A stretch of 64,000 nt of DNA from Malacoraja senta (GCA_038087875.1 CM075987.1:22942001-23006000); one strand, 5' to 3'. Shown: positions 24,015-37,946, numbered from the stretch's first letter. Translations and numbers: made by a program. The notes: generated by a model from the letters alone, not told the origin.

Positions 24015-25649
24015 GTGAGTCTTCACTGGCATTCAACGTCTGTTTATTGTGTGACTTGAGGGCAGATTGAATTCACTGGATTGAACGATTACGTAATCCT
24101 AAAAGGACACGGTTCAGTTCCTCGCTTGCTGGTTTTTCTTAAAGCTCGGAGAATAGCACAAAGGATGCCTGCCAATAGATGGGTGCAGTTGTTAAGCATC
24201 GCCATTGAGTAGTTAAGCTTAAGTGATACTGTGTGATACTGTGAATGTCCCACAGATTCAGTGCTGATTCTGCTAATAAAAACAGAATCACTGATCAGTC
24301 TATTTCAATCAGGCCTGCAATCTTGAAAAAGATAATTTCTTCAGAAAAATGCAGCGAGGAGGAGGATACTTACATTCGACGTCTCTCCCAGACATTTGCA
24401 AAAAAACATTCAACCTTTTCCAAGTATTAGTAAAGATTCGCATCTTAAGATTCAAGATTCAATGTAATTGTCACCATATGCACCGTTAGTATGTAACAAG
24501 TTGTACTTGATCACTTAATTGGTTGTTCAGTGACAATCTTGATATAATATCCCCCATGACCAATTGTGCCGAAGGGTTTATTGCTGTAAATGACTGGGAT
24601 TGAGTTTTTACGTGTATATAATGTGAATGTCTTCCTCTCACTGCATTTTACTGCAGCAGTAATGATTTTAAGAGGTTGGTTTCTGTTGTGCATGTGAACT
24701 ATGTTGATGGTGTTTTCAATATTGAATTTATTAAAACAGTCACTGCAGCCTGTTTGCAGTAGCAAGGTGTTTTAAAAGGGCTCGGCTGGGGAAAGCTGCT
24801 TATTTGGAGTCCCACTATAAGCCCTGTTACACTATGGCTGGCACTGCCACTGTATTGATGACCAAAAGTGGTCGGAAAAATCCATAGACATGCATGCAGA
24901 TTTGTATTCCATTTACAATAGGGTAGAATTGCTTACAATAGCTTGTGGAAAACGTCCAGATTGTTCTGATGTTGAAAACGGCTGTAAATTTATGCAATAT
25001 CGTGTGAACGAGAATGGACTTTGAATTAAGAATGGAAATTGTATCCTGGATCCATGGGATCAAAGTTTTGGAAGTTATTATTCCTACAGAGAATTTGTTA
25101 ACATGTTTGGTGTATTTGTGTCAAGTTGGCTTGAGAAGAAGCTGCTGCTAAACCTTGCATGAAGAATTGGTTGCTTGCTGGAGTATTGCCAATTCTAAGC
25201 ATGGCCGAGGAGGATGTGAAGCATTTGGGAAGGTGATTTACTGGAGTGGGACAAGGCATGAGGGTCGTCATTATGCACGTGGTCTGGTGAAGTGGATGGG
25301 CCTATTCTTGGAGCAGGGAAGATTAAGGTGTTTTAAAGGAAGAATTCAAAGTTATGCAGGCTTTTGAGGGAGTAAATAAGACTAGCCCTTTAATGATCGG
25401 TAAAAGGTGCAGAGGTGAGCTGAAGAAAAAATGTTTTTGTTGCAACAATTGGTTAAGATTTGGATTAAACTGCTTGGTGATTCAAGTCAAGGCTTTCAGA
25501 ATATTTGAAGTAGAAAAACCAAGTATCCAGCAAAAGAGCTAATGGGGCAATGGAGTGAAAGATGGCTACTTTTCGTTATTTTTCTATTTTCTAATGGTGC
25601 CCCTTTCTCCTCCCTTCCCCTCCCCCCACTTCCACAACGGACCACGAAG

Positions 25650-25746
25650 GGGTGATGCTGTTTCGTACGCCAAGCTCAAAGACAAGAAGCTGGCCGATGA
25701 AGAAAAGTTGACGGGATCGGTCACCAATGAGACGGCAATGCAGTGA
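25650..25746 (+). CDS. CACFD1: CACFD1 last coding exon
   Basis: cgaag|G GGT GAT GCT; GDAVSYAKLKDKKLADEEKL resembles human [21 protein letters not shown]; TGA ends at 25746. Confidence 0.9.
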
Positions 25747-25894
25747 AAGACAGACACCGTGTTTACCTCGTGCAACCGCAGATCAACAAACTAGCGGGAC
25801 TTTATATTTATATGCGTACAATTTATATACTGCAGAGAGGGTCAGCTCTTGGTATGATGTGCAATTGGTTCTTTAAAGGAATAGTAAAAAACAG

Positions 25895-26120
25895 TGTAGA
25901 TGGACACAAAATGGTGGAGTAACTCAGCGGGTCAGGCAGCATGTCTAGAGAGAAGGAATGCGTGATATTTCAGGTCGAAACCCTTCTTCAGCCTGAAGAA
26001 GAGTCTTGACTCAAAACGTCACCTATTCCTTCTCTACAGAGATGCCGCCTGACCCGCTGAGTTACTCCACCATTTTGTGTCTATCGTCGGTGTAAACTAA
26101 CATCTGCAGTTCCTTCCTAC
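25895..26120. mobile_element. Penelope-derived fold-back repeat in CACFD1 3' region
   Basis: Inverted arms centred at CTTCTTCAGCCTGAAGAAG. Confidence 0.75.
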
Positions 26121-26776
26121 AGTAAAAACACTGCTGGAGTCACTCAGCAGGTCAGGCAGCATCTCTGAATGACATAGATGCTGCCCGACCCTTTGAGTTG
26201 CTACAAAACTTTGAGATTTTTTTTACAAACCAGCATCTGCAGTTCCTTGTGTTTTTAAAAAGAATCGAATCCCTCTCTTTTTAAATATGTGACTTTTATA
26301 TCTTTGCTGCATTTCTAGGGATTTTGACTTTCAAACTTTCTTTAAATCAGTTACTGATTCTAAATCTCAGGGGTTTGACAGCCTTTTAATATTCTATTGA
26401 TGTGATTACAGATCAAATGATGTTGATTACATTGAGATAGGCTGCACTTGAATTCACTATCAGTTGCTGCTGGCAGCTATGCACCACCCATTGGGATAAT
26501 TAAATGACAACAATAATGGGATACAGGTTGCTGCTCAGTAATACCATATGTTTCTTAAAGCTCAGTTTAATACAAATCTAGGCGTTTTTGTTTGGGCTAT
26601 CCTTCATGGAAAATATCACTGCTCTGGAATTATTTTCTGCAAATCTCCAACCAAGCTTTCTAAAGTAGAATTTACTCGTACTCTTGGTGGCACAGTGATC
26701 AAACCCCACATTCACCATCTGCATCCTCTGGCTTAGGTGCTCCCTCACCTTTATCAAGGTATCAATGACCATCCAA

Positions 26777-27065
26777 GGGTAGCACGATGGCACAGCAGGT
26801 AGAGCTGGTAGAACCACTGCCTCACAGCGCCAGAGACACAGGTTCGACCCTGACCTCCGGTGCTGGCTGTGTGCAGTTTGTGGGCTCACCCTATGACTGC
26901 TCGCACATCCCAATAACGTGCGGGTTTGTAGGTTAATTGGCCCCTAGTGTGCAGAGAGAGGATGCGAGAGTGGGATAACATAGAACTAATGTGAACAGAT
27001 GATCAAAGGTCAGTGTGGACTCATTGGGCCCGAAGGGCCTGTTTCCATACTGTACCTCTGTATCT
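26777..27065 (+). mobile_element. Diverged V-SINE
   Basis: GGTAGCACGATGGCACAGC...GGTTCGACCC...GGGCCTGTTTCC. Confidence 0.75.
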
Positions 27066-30000
27066 ATCAACTGCCTATACCGATGCTGCAAAGTTCTGAC
27101 TCTGTACCAGTTTCCATCCTGCTCTGTTTTCTATGCTCCATCACTGACACTTCCCCTCCCTAGCTGTTTCAGGAGTTAGGTGAACAAACAATATTCACCG
27201 CGGTGCTAATGTGAGGTCACTGATTTCTTCATGAGTACCGGCTGACCCGCTAAATATTTACATATTTTCTGTTCACTTCAGAATTGATTCTCCAGCAATA
27301 TTTAATTCAATTCTTGAATTTCTTCAGGGAAAAGGTCATGTAACATGTACAGACCCGACTGCACCGGGAGATCCGAATGCACCTTTATACAGATGACTTA
27401 TAACTCAGTTCCATTGAATATCCAACACACTATCAAGATCTAGATTTGTTCCAGGATATCTCCCTCAACACCAGCAGTGATAACTCGCCAATCCTTTACA
27501 TGCTGTCATCTTCCTCTACAAACATAATCTGGAGTATCTTTGGATTGTACAGGAAAGGGAAAAAGACACACACACAATCTTTTGGAGTATGAGTGAGTTT
27601 TTATTAGGAAAAGCGAAACAATTCTTATCTAGAGGATAGTTTGGTTTGGCCGTGATACAACCCATAGTACACTAGCTGCTGCCATCTTTAGGGCAGTGGC
27701 CAGTTGATTAAAATACAGGGTTTGAAGTAAGGTGTTTTTTAGGAGAATAGCTTGAAGCCGTACAAGCTGATTTTGTTTTTTTCAAGGTCCAGTAATTCTG
27801 GATCATTGTGTATGTTAAAGAATGCATGCTGGATGTGACTAACATGACTTGAGACGAGTCAAAGCTTGACTTGTGCTCTGTGCGTGCTAGCACAACTTAT
27901 AAGGGAATTCTCCAGCTCCTCCATTGCACAGCTGACAAACATTTGTCCAACATTCTGTGACTTTGTTCCACGTGTTAATTTGTTTCTCCCCTCGGATGGC
28001 AATAATTTACTCAATGTCACCACTACATGTTAGCACCACTCCTTAGCCTTTCCTTTGTCTATCTGAACTTTTGTCTTTGCCTCAACCATAAATCCTGGGA
28101 ACAGATAACACCGAAGACAGACACAAAATGTTGGAGTAACTCAGTGGGTCAGGCAGCATCTCTGGAGGAAAATGAATAGGTGAAGTTTTGGGTCAAGACC
28201 CTTCTTCAGACTGATTCCTTTTCTTCAGAGATGCTGCCTATCCTGCTGAGTTACTCCAGCATTTTATAAACAATATGTGCAGGAGTAGGCCATTTGGCCC
28301 TTTGGGCCAGCACTGCCATTCAATGTGATCATGGCTGATCATCCACAATGATGTCTGTCAAAGACATATCTTTTGTGTCTGTCTTCGATGCAAACCAGCA
28401 TCTGCAGTTTCTTCCGACACAGAATAGATAACACTGTCCGTTTTATAACGGTTTCCTGTGTTCTAAACCTCTTGGGTTTAACCAATAGCCCCGGAATTAC
28501 TGGGAGTTGTCTATTGTCCTCTTATACGGGTGTCATAAGCAAAACCAAGGCAAAATCTTAACGGGCAGCGTTCTGGGGAATCAGTGCTGGACTCTCATTC
28601 CTCTTATGTTTTACATTATGGAGCTCAAAATTGCACACAGTCCTTCAACTTGAGCCTCAGTTTTGTACACCTGCCTCATTTATTTATATTCTGCTCCTTT
28701 TATTTGTGACGAGTCCTCCACAAAGGCATGCTGATGCTGCGTTTGCTGTGGTATACTTAGGGTTAAGCAGAGCTGTGGACACTGGCCTCACTGGGAATTA
28801 CTTCACACACAAAATCTGCCGGGTTTGGCTGGGCCGTCTCTAGTGCGATGTTTAGTGTTGGCCGATTGTTCAATGCCGGTTTCACCTCTCAGGTTTTTTT
28901 TAGCGCAAGTTCTATTCTTCTGAGCATTACCATTGGGGATATCAGGAGGCTATGGGCCCCTTAATTGATGCTGACTTTAAATAGACCAGGACTGATCAGA
29001 ATGGTTTCCTTAGACCTGGCCGATAAGAGTGGATACATCCGGTGCTTGGGAAGGGGATAAAATTGGCCAGCGCTCTGGTTCCTAATTGTGTGAGTGAGGG
29101 ATGCAAATCACACCCCGAACAACACTTTGCAAAGATTTTGTTTGGAAAAGCACAAAGACAGTGCTTCTATTAATCCATTCTTGGACACATCTTGCAACCT
29201 GAAGGAATGGAGAGGCAAATGTTGGCCAGATGGGTAATAGTCTTTGGGATTTGGTCAGATTCTGGGTCAGCAATAATTGGAAACCGATCATAAATAGTTG
29301 TACATTTTAGAGTTTTAGTTTGTATTGGCATGTGTCTATTTAAATACAATGGATATTTTATATATTTTGTCCATTTCTGACCATTTACTGTGAAATAAAA
29401 AATGTTACTGCACTCTTGTTATAGTCATAAAATACGGAAACTGGCACTTGAGCCCACTACGCCTATTAGCCAACCATCGGCACTAACCGGCCTCTATGGC
29501 GTGAGAATTTGGATGCTCAAAAAGATGTGGAAATGTTCTGAGCGCACCTGGCCCCATCACCTTCTCAGGCTGTGCATTCCACATCGCAGGTTTACAAATA
29601 AAATCCTCAGATTCCCTCTAACCCCTGTATTCCTACCTTACATCTGCACCCTCTGATTTTAGACATATCTGCTATTGAAGGAAGGTTCCCACTATCCATC
29701 CTGTCTATGCCATCCATAAGTGACATGGTTAATTCAGAGACTAAGGTCCTGAACGTGAATAAAGGACATTTTGAAGGTATGAAGAGATGGGAATTGGCTC
29801 GGATAGACTGGCAAATTATACTTAAAGGGTTGACAGTGGAGATGCAATGGCGAAGCTTTAAGGAGTCGCATGAATGAACTCCAGAAATTGTTCATCCCTG
29901 TCTGGTGGAAAAATAAAACTGGGAAGGCGGCCATCACTGAACAGCAATCGCCCCATATGCTAACACTATCTTACACATGAGGGATAATTTTACAATTTCC

Positions 30001-30573
30001 AGAAGCCAATGAACCTACAAACCTCTATGCTTTCGGAGTGTGGAAGAAATCCGGAGTACCCGGAGAAAACCCACACGGTCACAGAAAGAACGTATAAACT
30101 CCGCACAGACAGCACCCGTAGTCGGGATCGAACCCGGGACTGTGGATCTGTAAGGCAGAAACTCTACCACTGTGCTGCCCAACACTTGCTCCCTCCAGAG
30201 GTTGTGAAATCTCAACAGACTATACCCCAACACTACCTTCATTGGAGGTATTTGTGAAAAAACACAGTAAGTTTAACATCTCATGAGCAGGTGCCCATGC
30301 TGTACCTCGAGTGTGATGGGTCAAGGTGGAGGGAGTTTTACTCCGTATATCTAACCTGCTCCCTACCAGCCCTGAGAGTGTGTGACGTGTGGAGGTACGC
30401 AAAGAGGAACCACCCCTGCATCACCAGCTCTTTGTAACAAAAGCAGGTGATGATAAAATGCACCAAATTAATTTTTGCTCTGGGATGGGGTTTCCCTCTC
30501 ATCGGATGGACAGGAAGAGCAGCTTATCAGAGCAAGTCTTTAACTTCCAGCTCTTCAACATCGAGGGTCCACG

Positions 30574-30738
30574 TCAACTGTTGTCATCGTCGCGGGGAGT
30601 CCTCAAGTTCCTGAACTCGTCTTCAATTTGCTCCAAGGTTTTCCCTTTGGTTTCCGGCACGCAGAGAACGGTGAATATTATTCCCAGGGCGGAGATCACA
30701 CAGAAGAACAAGAAGGGCACAGCTAGTCCAAAGGTATC
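30574..30738 (-). CDS. SLC2A6: SLC2A6 (GLUT6) exon 10, last coding exon
   Basis: ttcag|GAT ACC; DTFGLAVPFLFF...CVPETKGKTLEQIE, sugar-porter PETKG motif, then stop. Confidence 0.93.
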   Translation of the reverse strand, partial: DTFGLAVPFLFFCVISALGIIFTVLCVPETKGKTLEQIEDEFRNLRTPRDDDNS

Positions 30739-31896
30739 CTGAACAAGAACAAAGCGTTTAAACTCTTTTAAACAAAAACTTCCCCAGATGCATGGACTCA
30801 TTTGTAGATACTGTAACACTCCAACTTTAACCATGACTAAAATTATTAAATTATAAGAAAGAGGTGTGTGTGATGATCTTTAGTGAAGCATGCCATACTT
30901 GATATTATGACGATCTAAACACAATGAACTGCAGATGCTGGCTTACAAACAAAGACACAAAGTACTGGAGTAACTCATTGAATCTGGCAGCATCTCTGGA
31001 GAACATGGATAGGCGATGTTTCGAAGAAGAGTCCTGACATGAAACGTCGCCTATCCATATTCTCCATAGATGCTGCCTGACCCGTTGAGCTACTCCAGGA
31101 ACTTTGTGTTTTAATCCGCAGAAGGTTCATGTTCAGGCTAGGCGGCTGTGACTTGTGGATGCCACAAGGATCAGTACAGGGAGTCCAGCTGCTCACAGTC
31201 CAGAGCAGTGACTTGTGAGGAAGGACCAGTCGTATTTTGCTACAACTAAGTGGCAATGTGGGCTTGAGGAGAATGCAGAAAGGCTTCAGAGGAATACAGA
31301 CAGGCTAAGAATATGGCGGGTGTAATTTACTGTGGAACAATTTAAAGTCATCCTCTTTGGAAGCAAAATTGAGTCATAGAGTCATACAGAGTGGTAACAG
31401 GCCCTTTGGCCCAACTTGCCCACACCGACCAAGATGTCCCATCTACACTAGTCCCACCAACCTGCATTTGCCCCATATCCGTCTAAACCTATCCTATCCA
31501 TTTACCTGCCCAAATGTTTCTTAAATGTTGTGATAGTCCCTGACCTAACTACCTCCTTTGGCAGCTGGTTCCATACACCCACACTGACTTTGTGTGAAAA
31601 CGTTATCCCTCAGATTCGTATTAAATCTTTCCCACTTCACCTTAAACCTTTGTCCTCTAGTTCTCGATTCCCCATACTCTGGGCAAGAGGCTCTGAGCGT
31701 CTACCCGATCTATTTCTCTCACGAATGGAAGAGAAAAAATAGAAAAATGGAGTGTTGTTTTACATAGTGAAAGATTGAAAGCTGTTGTTGCATGGAGAGA
31801 TATGGGTATCCTCATACATAAATGATTACAATCTAATGGGCAGGTAAAACAATGGTATGTTGGCCCACCCTGCAAGAGGATCTGTGTGCAACACCA

Positions 31897-32077
31897 AGGG
31901 CCTGTCCCACTTGGCCATCATTTGTGCGTAATTTACGCGACATCATTTACGCGTCACGACGCGCGTCGTGACACGCACATGGTGCGCGATGACATAGGCA
32001 GTGATGCGCGGTGATGTACAAAATCTTCGCGCGCCATCTGCGTGACGCGCAAATGACGGCCAAGTGGAACAGGCCCT
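31897..32077. mobile_element. PIF/Harbinger-like MITE, about 180 bp
   Basis: TIR AGGGCCTGTCCCACTTGGCC / GGCCAAGTGGAACAGGCCCT followed by TAA; TIR related to the element at 56101; interrupts a CR1 fragment. Confidence 0.75.
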
Positions 32078-32131
32078 TAAAGACATCATACAGAGCCCTG
32101 GGGAGACCACACCTTTGGACTAGGGCAACAC

Positions 32132-32167
32132 CAAAGATCCTATAGCAAGCTTGCTATAGGATCTTTG
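32132..32167. mobile_element. 36-bp palindromic hAT mini-element
   Basis: CAAAGATCCTATAGCAAGCTTGCTATAGGATCTTTG flanked by GGCAACAC on both sides. Confidence 0.88.
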
Positions 32168-32786
32168 GGCAACACATTGCTGCATTTGGTAGAGCTTTCC
32201 ACCACTCAGCGCTGGAGAGCTGGGATCGATCCTGACCTCCGTTGCTGCCTGTGTGGAGTTTTCACGTTCTATCTGTGACTGCGTGCATTTCCTACGGTTG
32301 ATCCAGTGTCCGCCCACGTTCCAAAGGCGTGCAGAAGGGTCTCTACCTGGAATGTCACGTATTCCTTTTCTCCAGAGATGCTGCCTGGCCTGCTGGAGTT
32401 ACCCCAGCATTTTGTGTCTATCTTCAGGTTCGTATGTTGATTGGCCTCTGTAAATTGCCACTGGTGTGTAGGGAGTGTATGAGATAGTGGGATAACATAG
32501 AACTAGTGTGAACAGTTAATCAATAGTCGGCGTGGACTCCGTGGTCTGAAGAGTCTGTTTCCATTCTGTATCTGAACATCAAACTGAACTAAACTAAATT
32601 AAACCTGGAACTTTATGGACAGGTCCAGTCTCTCTACCTAAGGTAGGGTATACTTGCAATAGAGGGAATGAAACAAAGGTTCATCAGATTAAATTCAGGA
32701 TGGTAGAGATGATCTCATTGAAAAGTACGGAGCTTGTGCAGGGTTTGATGATTCACTTGGCTGGCATGTCACATCTCAAGATAAGG

Positions 32787-33292
32787 GTATGGTCCCCTAA
32801 TTTGAGGAAGGACATTCTTGCTATTGAGGGAGTGCAGCGTAGGTTTACAAGGTTAATCCCCGGGATGGCGGGACTGTCATATGCTGAGAGAATGGAGCAG
32901 CTGGGCTTGTACACTCTGGAGTTTAGAAGGATGAGAGGGTATCTCATTGAAACATATAAGATTGTTAAGGGCTTGACACGCTAGAGGCAGGAAACATGTT
33001 CCGATGTTGGGGGAGCCCAGAACCAGGGGTCACAGTTTAAGAATAAGGAGTAAGCCATTTAGAACGGAGACGAGGAAACACTTTTTCTCACTCAGAGGGC
33101 GTGGAGGCAAGTTCTCTGGATGCTTTCAAGAGAGAGCTAGATAGGGGTCTTAAAAATAGCGGAGTCAGGGGATATGGGGAGAAGGCAGGAACGGGGTACT
33201 GATTGGGGATGATCAGCCATGATCACATTAAATGGCGGTGCTGGCTCAAAGGGCCGAATGGCCTACACCTGCACCTATTGTCTATTGTCTAT
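32787..33292 (+). mobile_element. CR1-clade LINE 3' fragment
   Basis: WSPNLRKDILAIEGVQRRFTRLIPGMAGLSY...; TATTGTC tail. Confidence 0.9.
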
Positions 33293-33522
33293 CATTCAGG
33301 ACTGGGAAGAGAAGATATTTCCTCATGCAACACCTCATGAAACTTCTGCATTCACTTCCCCGGGGGGGGGGGGGGGGGGGGGGGAGAGGAGGCTGACTGA
33401 CTGGCAGAGGATTTGGGGATATTTAGGGGACCAAGAGATGGAATTTTTTTACCCCAGAGAGAAAACAAATCCTTGAGACCTGTGGGGCAAAAGAGAAGGA
33501 GAATTCATTAAGAGGAACAAAC

Positions 33523-33668
33523 CTTCACGAACAGGAAGCACTCTGTTAGGATGAAGCCTGTGATCCAGCTGACAATGACACACAGGCCTGACATCAGGCC
33601 CCGCACTTTAAGGGGAAGGATTTCCGACATCAACAGCCACGTGATTGGGCCCCAGCCCAGGGCGTAGC
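33523..33668 (-). CDS. SLC2A6: SLC2A6 exon 9
   Basis: 146 nt, [28 protein letters not shown]. Confidence 0.95.
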
Positions 33669-34541
33669 CTGCAAACAGGACAAGAAGAGACGATGTCTTC
33701 AACCACATTGAGACAACTGGCTTAGTGACCACATGAGGGCAAGAGATCCGACGACAAAGCAAAAACATATCTCAGGAACAACTAAAGGTCCATTAGGCCC
33801 AACGAGACCCCTCGGAATACAGGGGTTAGAGGGAACCCGATCATTTTATTCTTAAACCCAGCGGCAAGCTGCGATGTGGAATGAATGCACTGCCTGACAA
33901 GGTGACGGGGCCTGGTACAGCAGCACCTTTCCCTTTCTGCACTGCCTGCTTCACACTGACTCCGCACCATGACGTGAGAAAATTCCCCTCAACTTATTCG
34001 GGTTATTGATTCCACCTTTGCTTCAGTGCAGTGCTCTGCAAATGTAACCCCTCTGTTCCAGGTACACCGACACTGCCTATTGTGTTCACCGTCATGTGTA
34101 CCAAGGCTTTGTTTCAAGCACGATCCATTCAAATCAGGTGGTACTATACGGTCAATCCCAACTCAAGCACAATGAGAAAGGTACAGAATATAGTGGTCAA
34201 CATTATAGCGTAACAGTTCCAAAAACAGTCCAATGTCCGCAATGGGGTAGAGGTGAATTGGACAGTACCTTAGCTTATGAAAGGGCCATTTGGAAGCCTG
34301 ATAAGGGAAGGGAACAAGCTGTCCCTAAGTGTGATGATTTCTCACTATTCCACCAAGCACTTCCAGGGTAGGTACAATATTAGGGCCCCGACCCAAAACG
34401 TCGCCTATCCTTTTTCTCCAGAGATGCTGTTTGACCCGCTAACCCCAGCACTTTGTGTCTATCTTAGATCCAATATTAGTTTGGCATAAAGTAAAGCTTC
34501 CTCAATAGTCCCCCTAACCAAACTCTTGAAGTAGGACTTAC

Positions 34542-34736
34542 CAAATATGTAAACAGTGACACTGAGCAGAGGTAGGATGGTTAGCCATTTTGCTATGTTG
34601 TGTTGAGGCAGATGCGCAAGGGTTAAGTTGTCACTACCTACATTAGAAAGGTTAGGCATGCTTGTGTTGTGTTTTTTGATCTCATCCAGCCTGATGTAGA
34701 CTCCAAGGGTCAATGTAGACAGAAACATAATTATAC
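34542..34736 (-). CDS. SLC2A6: SLC2A6 exon 8 (large TM9-10 loop with N-glycosylation sequons)
   Basis: 195 nt, phase 1/1; IIMFLSTLTLGVYI...NTS..NLS...NLT...LTILPLLSVTVYIF; glycosylated loop 9 is typical of class III GLUTs. Confidence 0.92.
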
Positions 34737-35559
34737 CTGGTGGGAAAAATGAAAGAAAAATGTGAATTTCCGTGCTCGAAGACTGTTTTGAAATGACCCC
34801 AAACCTAGCGGTATAGTGATACAATGGTTAGAAAATTGGGTGCTGAGATGGCATAGAAACCACGGAATGTTAGCTCAAGTCCCACTGTAAGAAATGGAAT
34901 GTAGAGGAGACTTTCAGGGGGAGGAACTGCAAAACTGATGGATTATTGTAAAAATCCAACTGATGCACAAATCTCCAAAAGGGAAGGAAATATGTTTAGT
35001 TTAGTTTATTGTCATGTGTACGGAGGTACAATGTAAAGCTTCTGATGCGTGCTAACCATTCAGCGGGTAGACAATACATGATTACAATCAAGTTATTTAC
35101 AGTGTACAGATACATGATAAAGGGAATAACGTTTAGTGCAAGGTAAAGTTCGATTATAGATAGTCCGAGGGTCTCCAATGAGGTAGATCGTACACATGGA
35201 TTATACCCATTTGAATGTCCAGACCCACACTAGTACTGTTGGTTCAGATGCACCTCTAAGTTACTCCAGCGTTTCATATACTTTGTGTAAGCCTACATCA
35301 GCAGTTCCTTGTTTCTACATTTTAAAGTTTGGTTTTCCAGGGACTCTCAATGATCCCACTCCAGGTCTAAAACCACCAACACTCTGTTCTTCAACAACTT
35401 TGGCCCAAGACCCAGTCAGATCCATTAGACCATGGGAATCACGCAGAAGCCGATCTTCACAGAGACTCCACTTGGCGATCAGGATTGGAAAGTGAGCAGG
35501 TTTGATCCTTTCCATATCGTGAGTTTGAAGGAGGTGGTCAATAGACAATAGGTGTATAC

Positions 35560-36032
35560 TTGGGGTTTGTATACTCTGGAATTTAGAAGGATGAGAGGCG
35601 ATCTTATTAAAACATATAAGATTATTAAGGGTTTTATTAAGAGGGGATCTTATTCAAACATATAAGATTATTAAGGGTTTGGACACGCTAGAGGCAGGAA
35701 ACATGTTCCCGATGTTGGGGTAGTCCAGAACCAGGGGCCACAATTTAAGAATAAGGGGTAAGGCATTTGGAACGGAGACGAGGAAACACTTTTTCACACA
35801 GAGAGTTGTGAGTCTGTGGAATTCTCTGCCTCAGAGGGCGGTGGAGACCGGTTTTCTGGATACTTTCAAGAGAGAGCTAGATAGGGCGCTTAAAGATAAC
35901 GGAGTCAGGGGATATGGGAGAAGGCAGGAACGGGGTACTGATTGGGGATGATCAGCCATGATCACATTAAATGGCGGTGCTGGCTCGAAGGGCCGAATGC
36001 CCTACTCCTGCACCTATTGTCTATTGTCTATT
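35560..36032 (+). mobile_element. CR1-clade LINE 3' fragment
   Basis: Same family as 32787; small internal tandem duplication near 35600-35680. Confidence 0.88.
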
Positions 36033-36149
36033 GAAACAAGACTAAGTTTATCATGCCCTTTCCATCCCTGGCTTTGTCAGTGCAGACCAATGATGGAATT
36101 AGGCTCCCTGCTCAGTAGCTCGCTCCCACTGCATCTAATTTCATTTTAC

Positions 36150-36258
36150 CTGAAGCAAAGAGAAGTTTCCGCCTTCCAGCTTTGTCCATAACCCAGGCCG
36201 CAATGGACACAGACAACAAGCGAACGAGTCCAACCAGCACTGCATCATAGGAACCTGG
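36150..36258 (-). CDS. SLC2A6: SLC2A6 exon 7
   Basis: 109 nt; PGSYDAVLVGLVRLLSVSIAAWVMDKAGRRKLLFAS (not shown in this frame by the ORF track). Confidence 0.94.
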
Positions 36259-36671
36259 CTACAAAACAAACCTCCGTCAGTCTGCAGAACTGAAAGTGAG
36301 TGAGAGGGGGAAGGAGATGGGAGATACGCTAAATATGAAGGACCCATTACCGTCAGCAGAGGGTAACGTTTTAAAGTAATTAGTAGAAGTTGTAGAGGAG
36401 AGACGTTTAGTTCATTTTAGAGATACAGCGTGGAAATAAGCCCTTTGACCCAGTGAGTCCACGCCAACCATCGATCGCCCCGTACACTGGTTCCACACTT
36501 TCGCATCCTACACACTAGGGGCAATTTACAGAGGGCCGATTAACCGACAAACCCGTGCGTCTTTGGGATGTGAGAGGAAACCGGAGCACCCGGAGGAAAC
36601 CCACGCAGGACCCCGGGAACAGCAGACTGGTTTATTGTTGGATGGCAATAGTGTGTGATGTTGGTACTTAC

Positions 36672-36824
36672 TAGGATCACGGATGTACTGTCAAAGATGA
36701 GCTGCATGTTGACCAGGATGACCGTGATGCCACTCAGCTGTTGAAACACTCTCATGGAGAGAGTAATCAGCATGGGCTTGCAGATGAAGGGCTGCCGCAG
36801 GTCCATGCATGACAATCGTTTGAC
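36672..36824 (-). CDS. SLC2A6: SLC2A6 exon 6
   Basis: 153 nt; KPMLITLSMRVFQQLSGITVILVNMQLIFDST, QQLSGI motif. Confidence 0.94.
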
Positions 36825-37946
36825 CTGGCAGGGAGACAGAGCCACAAGCTCACGTTGGAAGAACAGGGAAAGACAGAGAGCTTGGCTTTTATACACCACC
36901 GAGGCACTAGGAACTGCAGATGCTGGAGTCGTGAGCAAAGGATGAAGCGCTGGAGGAACTCAATGGGTCAGGCAGGGTCTTTGGAGGGAATGGGGTAGGC
37001 GGATCAGGACTCTTCTTCAAACTGGTTGGCGCTGGGGGGGGGGGGGGAGAGAAACTGGAAGAGAGGTGAGGGTGGGACAAATCCTGGCAAGTGGTAGTTA
37101 GGTGGGTACAGGTGAGGCTGCCAGGCTTTGTCCTGCCCCCACCTCTTCTTCAGCTTCTCCCTCCCCCAACTAAAACCAGTCTGAAGATGGGTCCCGACCC
37201 GCCAGTCCATTCCCTCCACAGATGCTGCCTGACCCGCTGAGATCCTCCAGTTTCACTTTATGCAACAATGAAGTACTTCCACAGCGTAGAATGCGGAACA
37301 AGCGGCCAACACTGACAAGGATCCACAAGCAGTGATGGGAGAACTGTTCAGATGATCCATGTAGCCATCGTGTTCCATGGAGACATCGAAGCCCCTTATT
37401 GCTTCCTAAAATGGTCGCTTCGGAACCCAGATCGGCCTTCATTCACAGGCTTCATTCACATACAGTGGTATTCCCCCTGTGTACAACATCATCTGTCCCC
37501 AGTGTGCAGGGAGTGGATGGGAAAGTGCGATAACACAGAACATAAAGCTTTTTTTTCACCGTACCTCGGTGCACGTGAGAATAATAACCCAAACTATACT
37601 AAACTAGTGTGAACGGGGTGATCGATGGCCAGCATGGACTCGGTGGGCCAAAGGACCTGTTTTCATGCTGCATCTTTCAATTAATCAATCATTTATGCTC
37701 ACAGATCACCCACGAAACTCTTTGAATGTCAGAGACTAATGACCCGAACTTTGTTTCTTGATGCTTCTGTTTGCTCTGGGCTGTGTGCAGTGGGAGTGGA
37801 TGTGAAGGGGTTTGGTACACGAGGAGTCTATTGACATGGATGGTGGTTTGGGGGAAGATGGCAGGGCTGCTGATTCCCTTCGCTATCCGTGCTTCACCCG
37901 GCAATTCAGGAAAGGAAGCCCTTCCCAACGGGCCATTCCCACTTAC

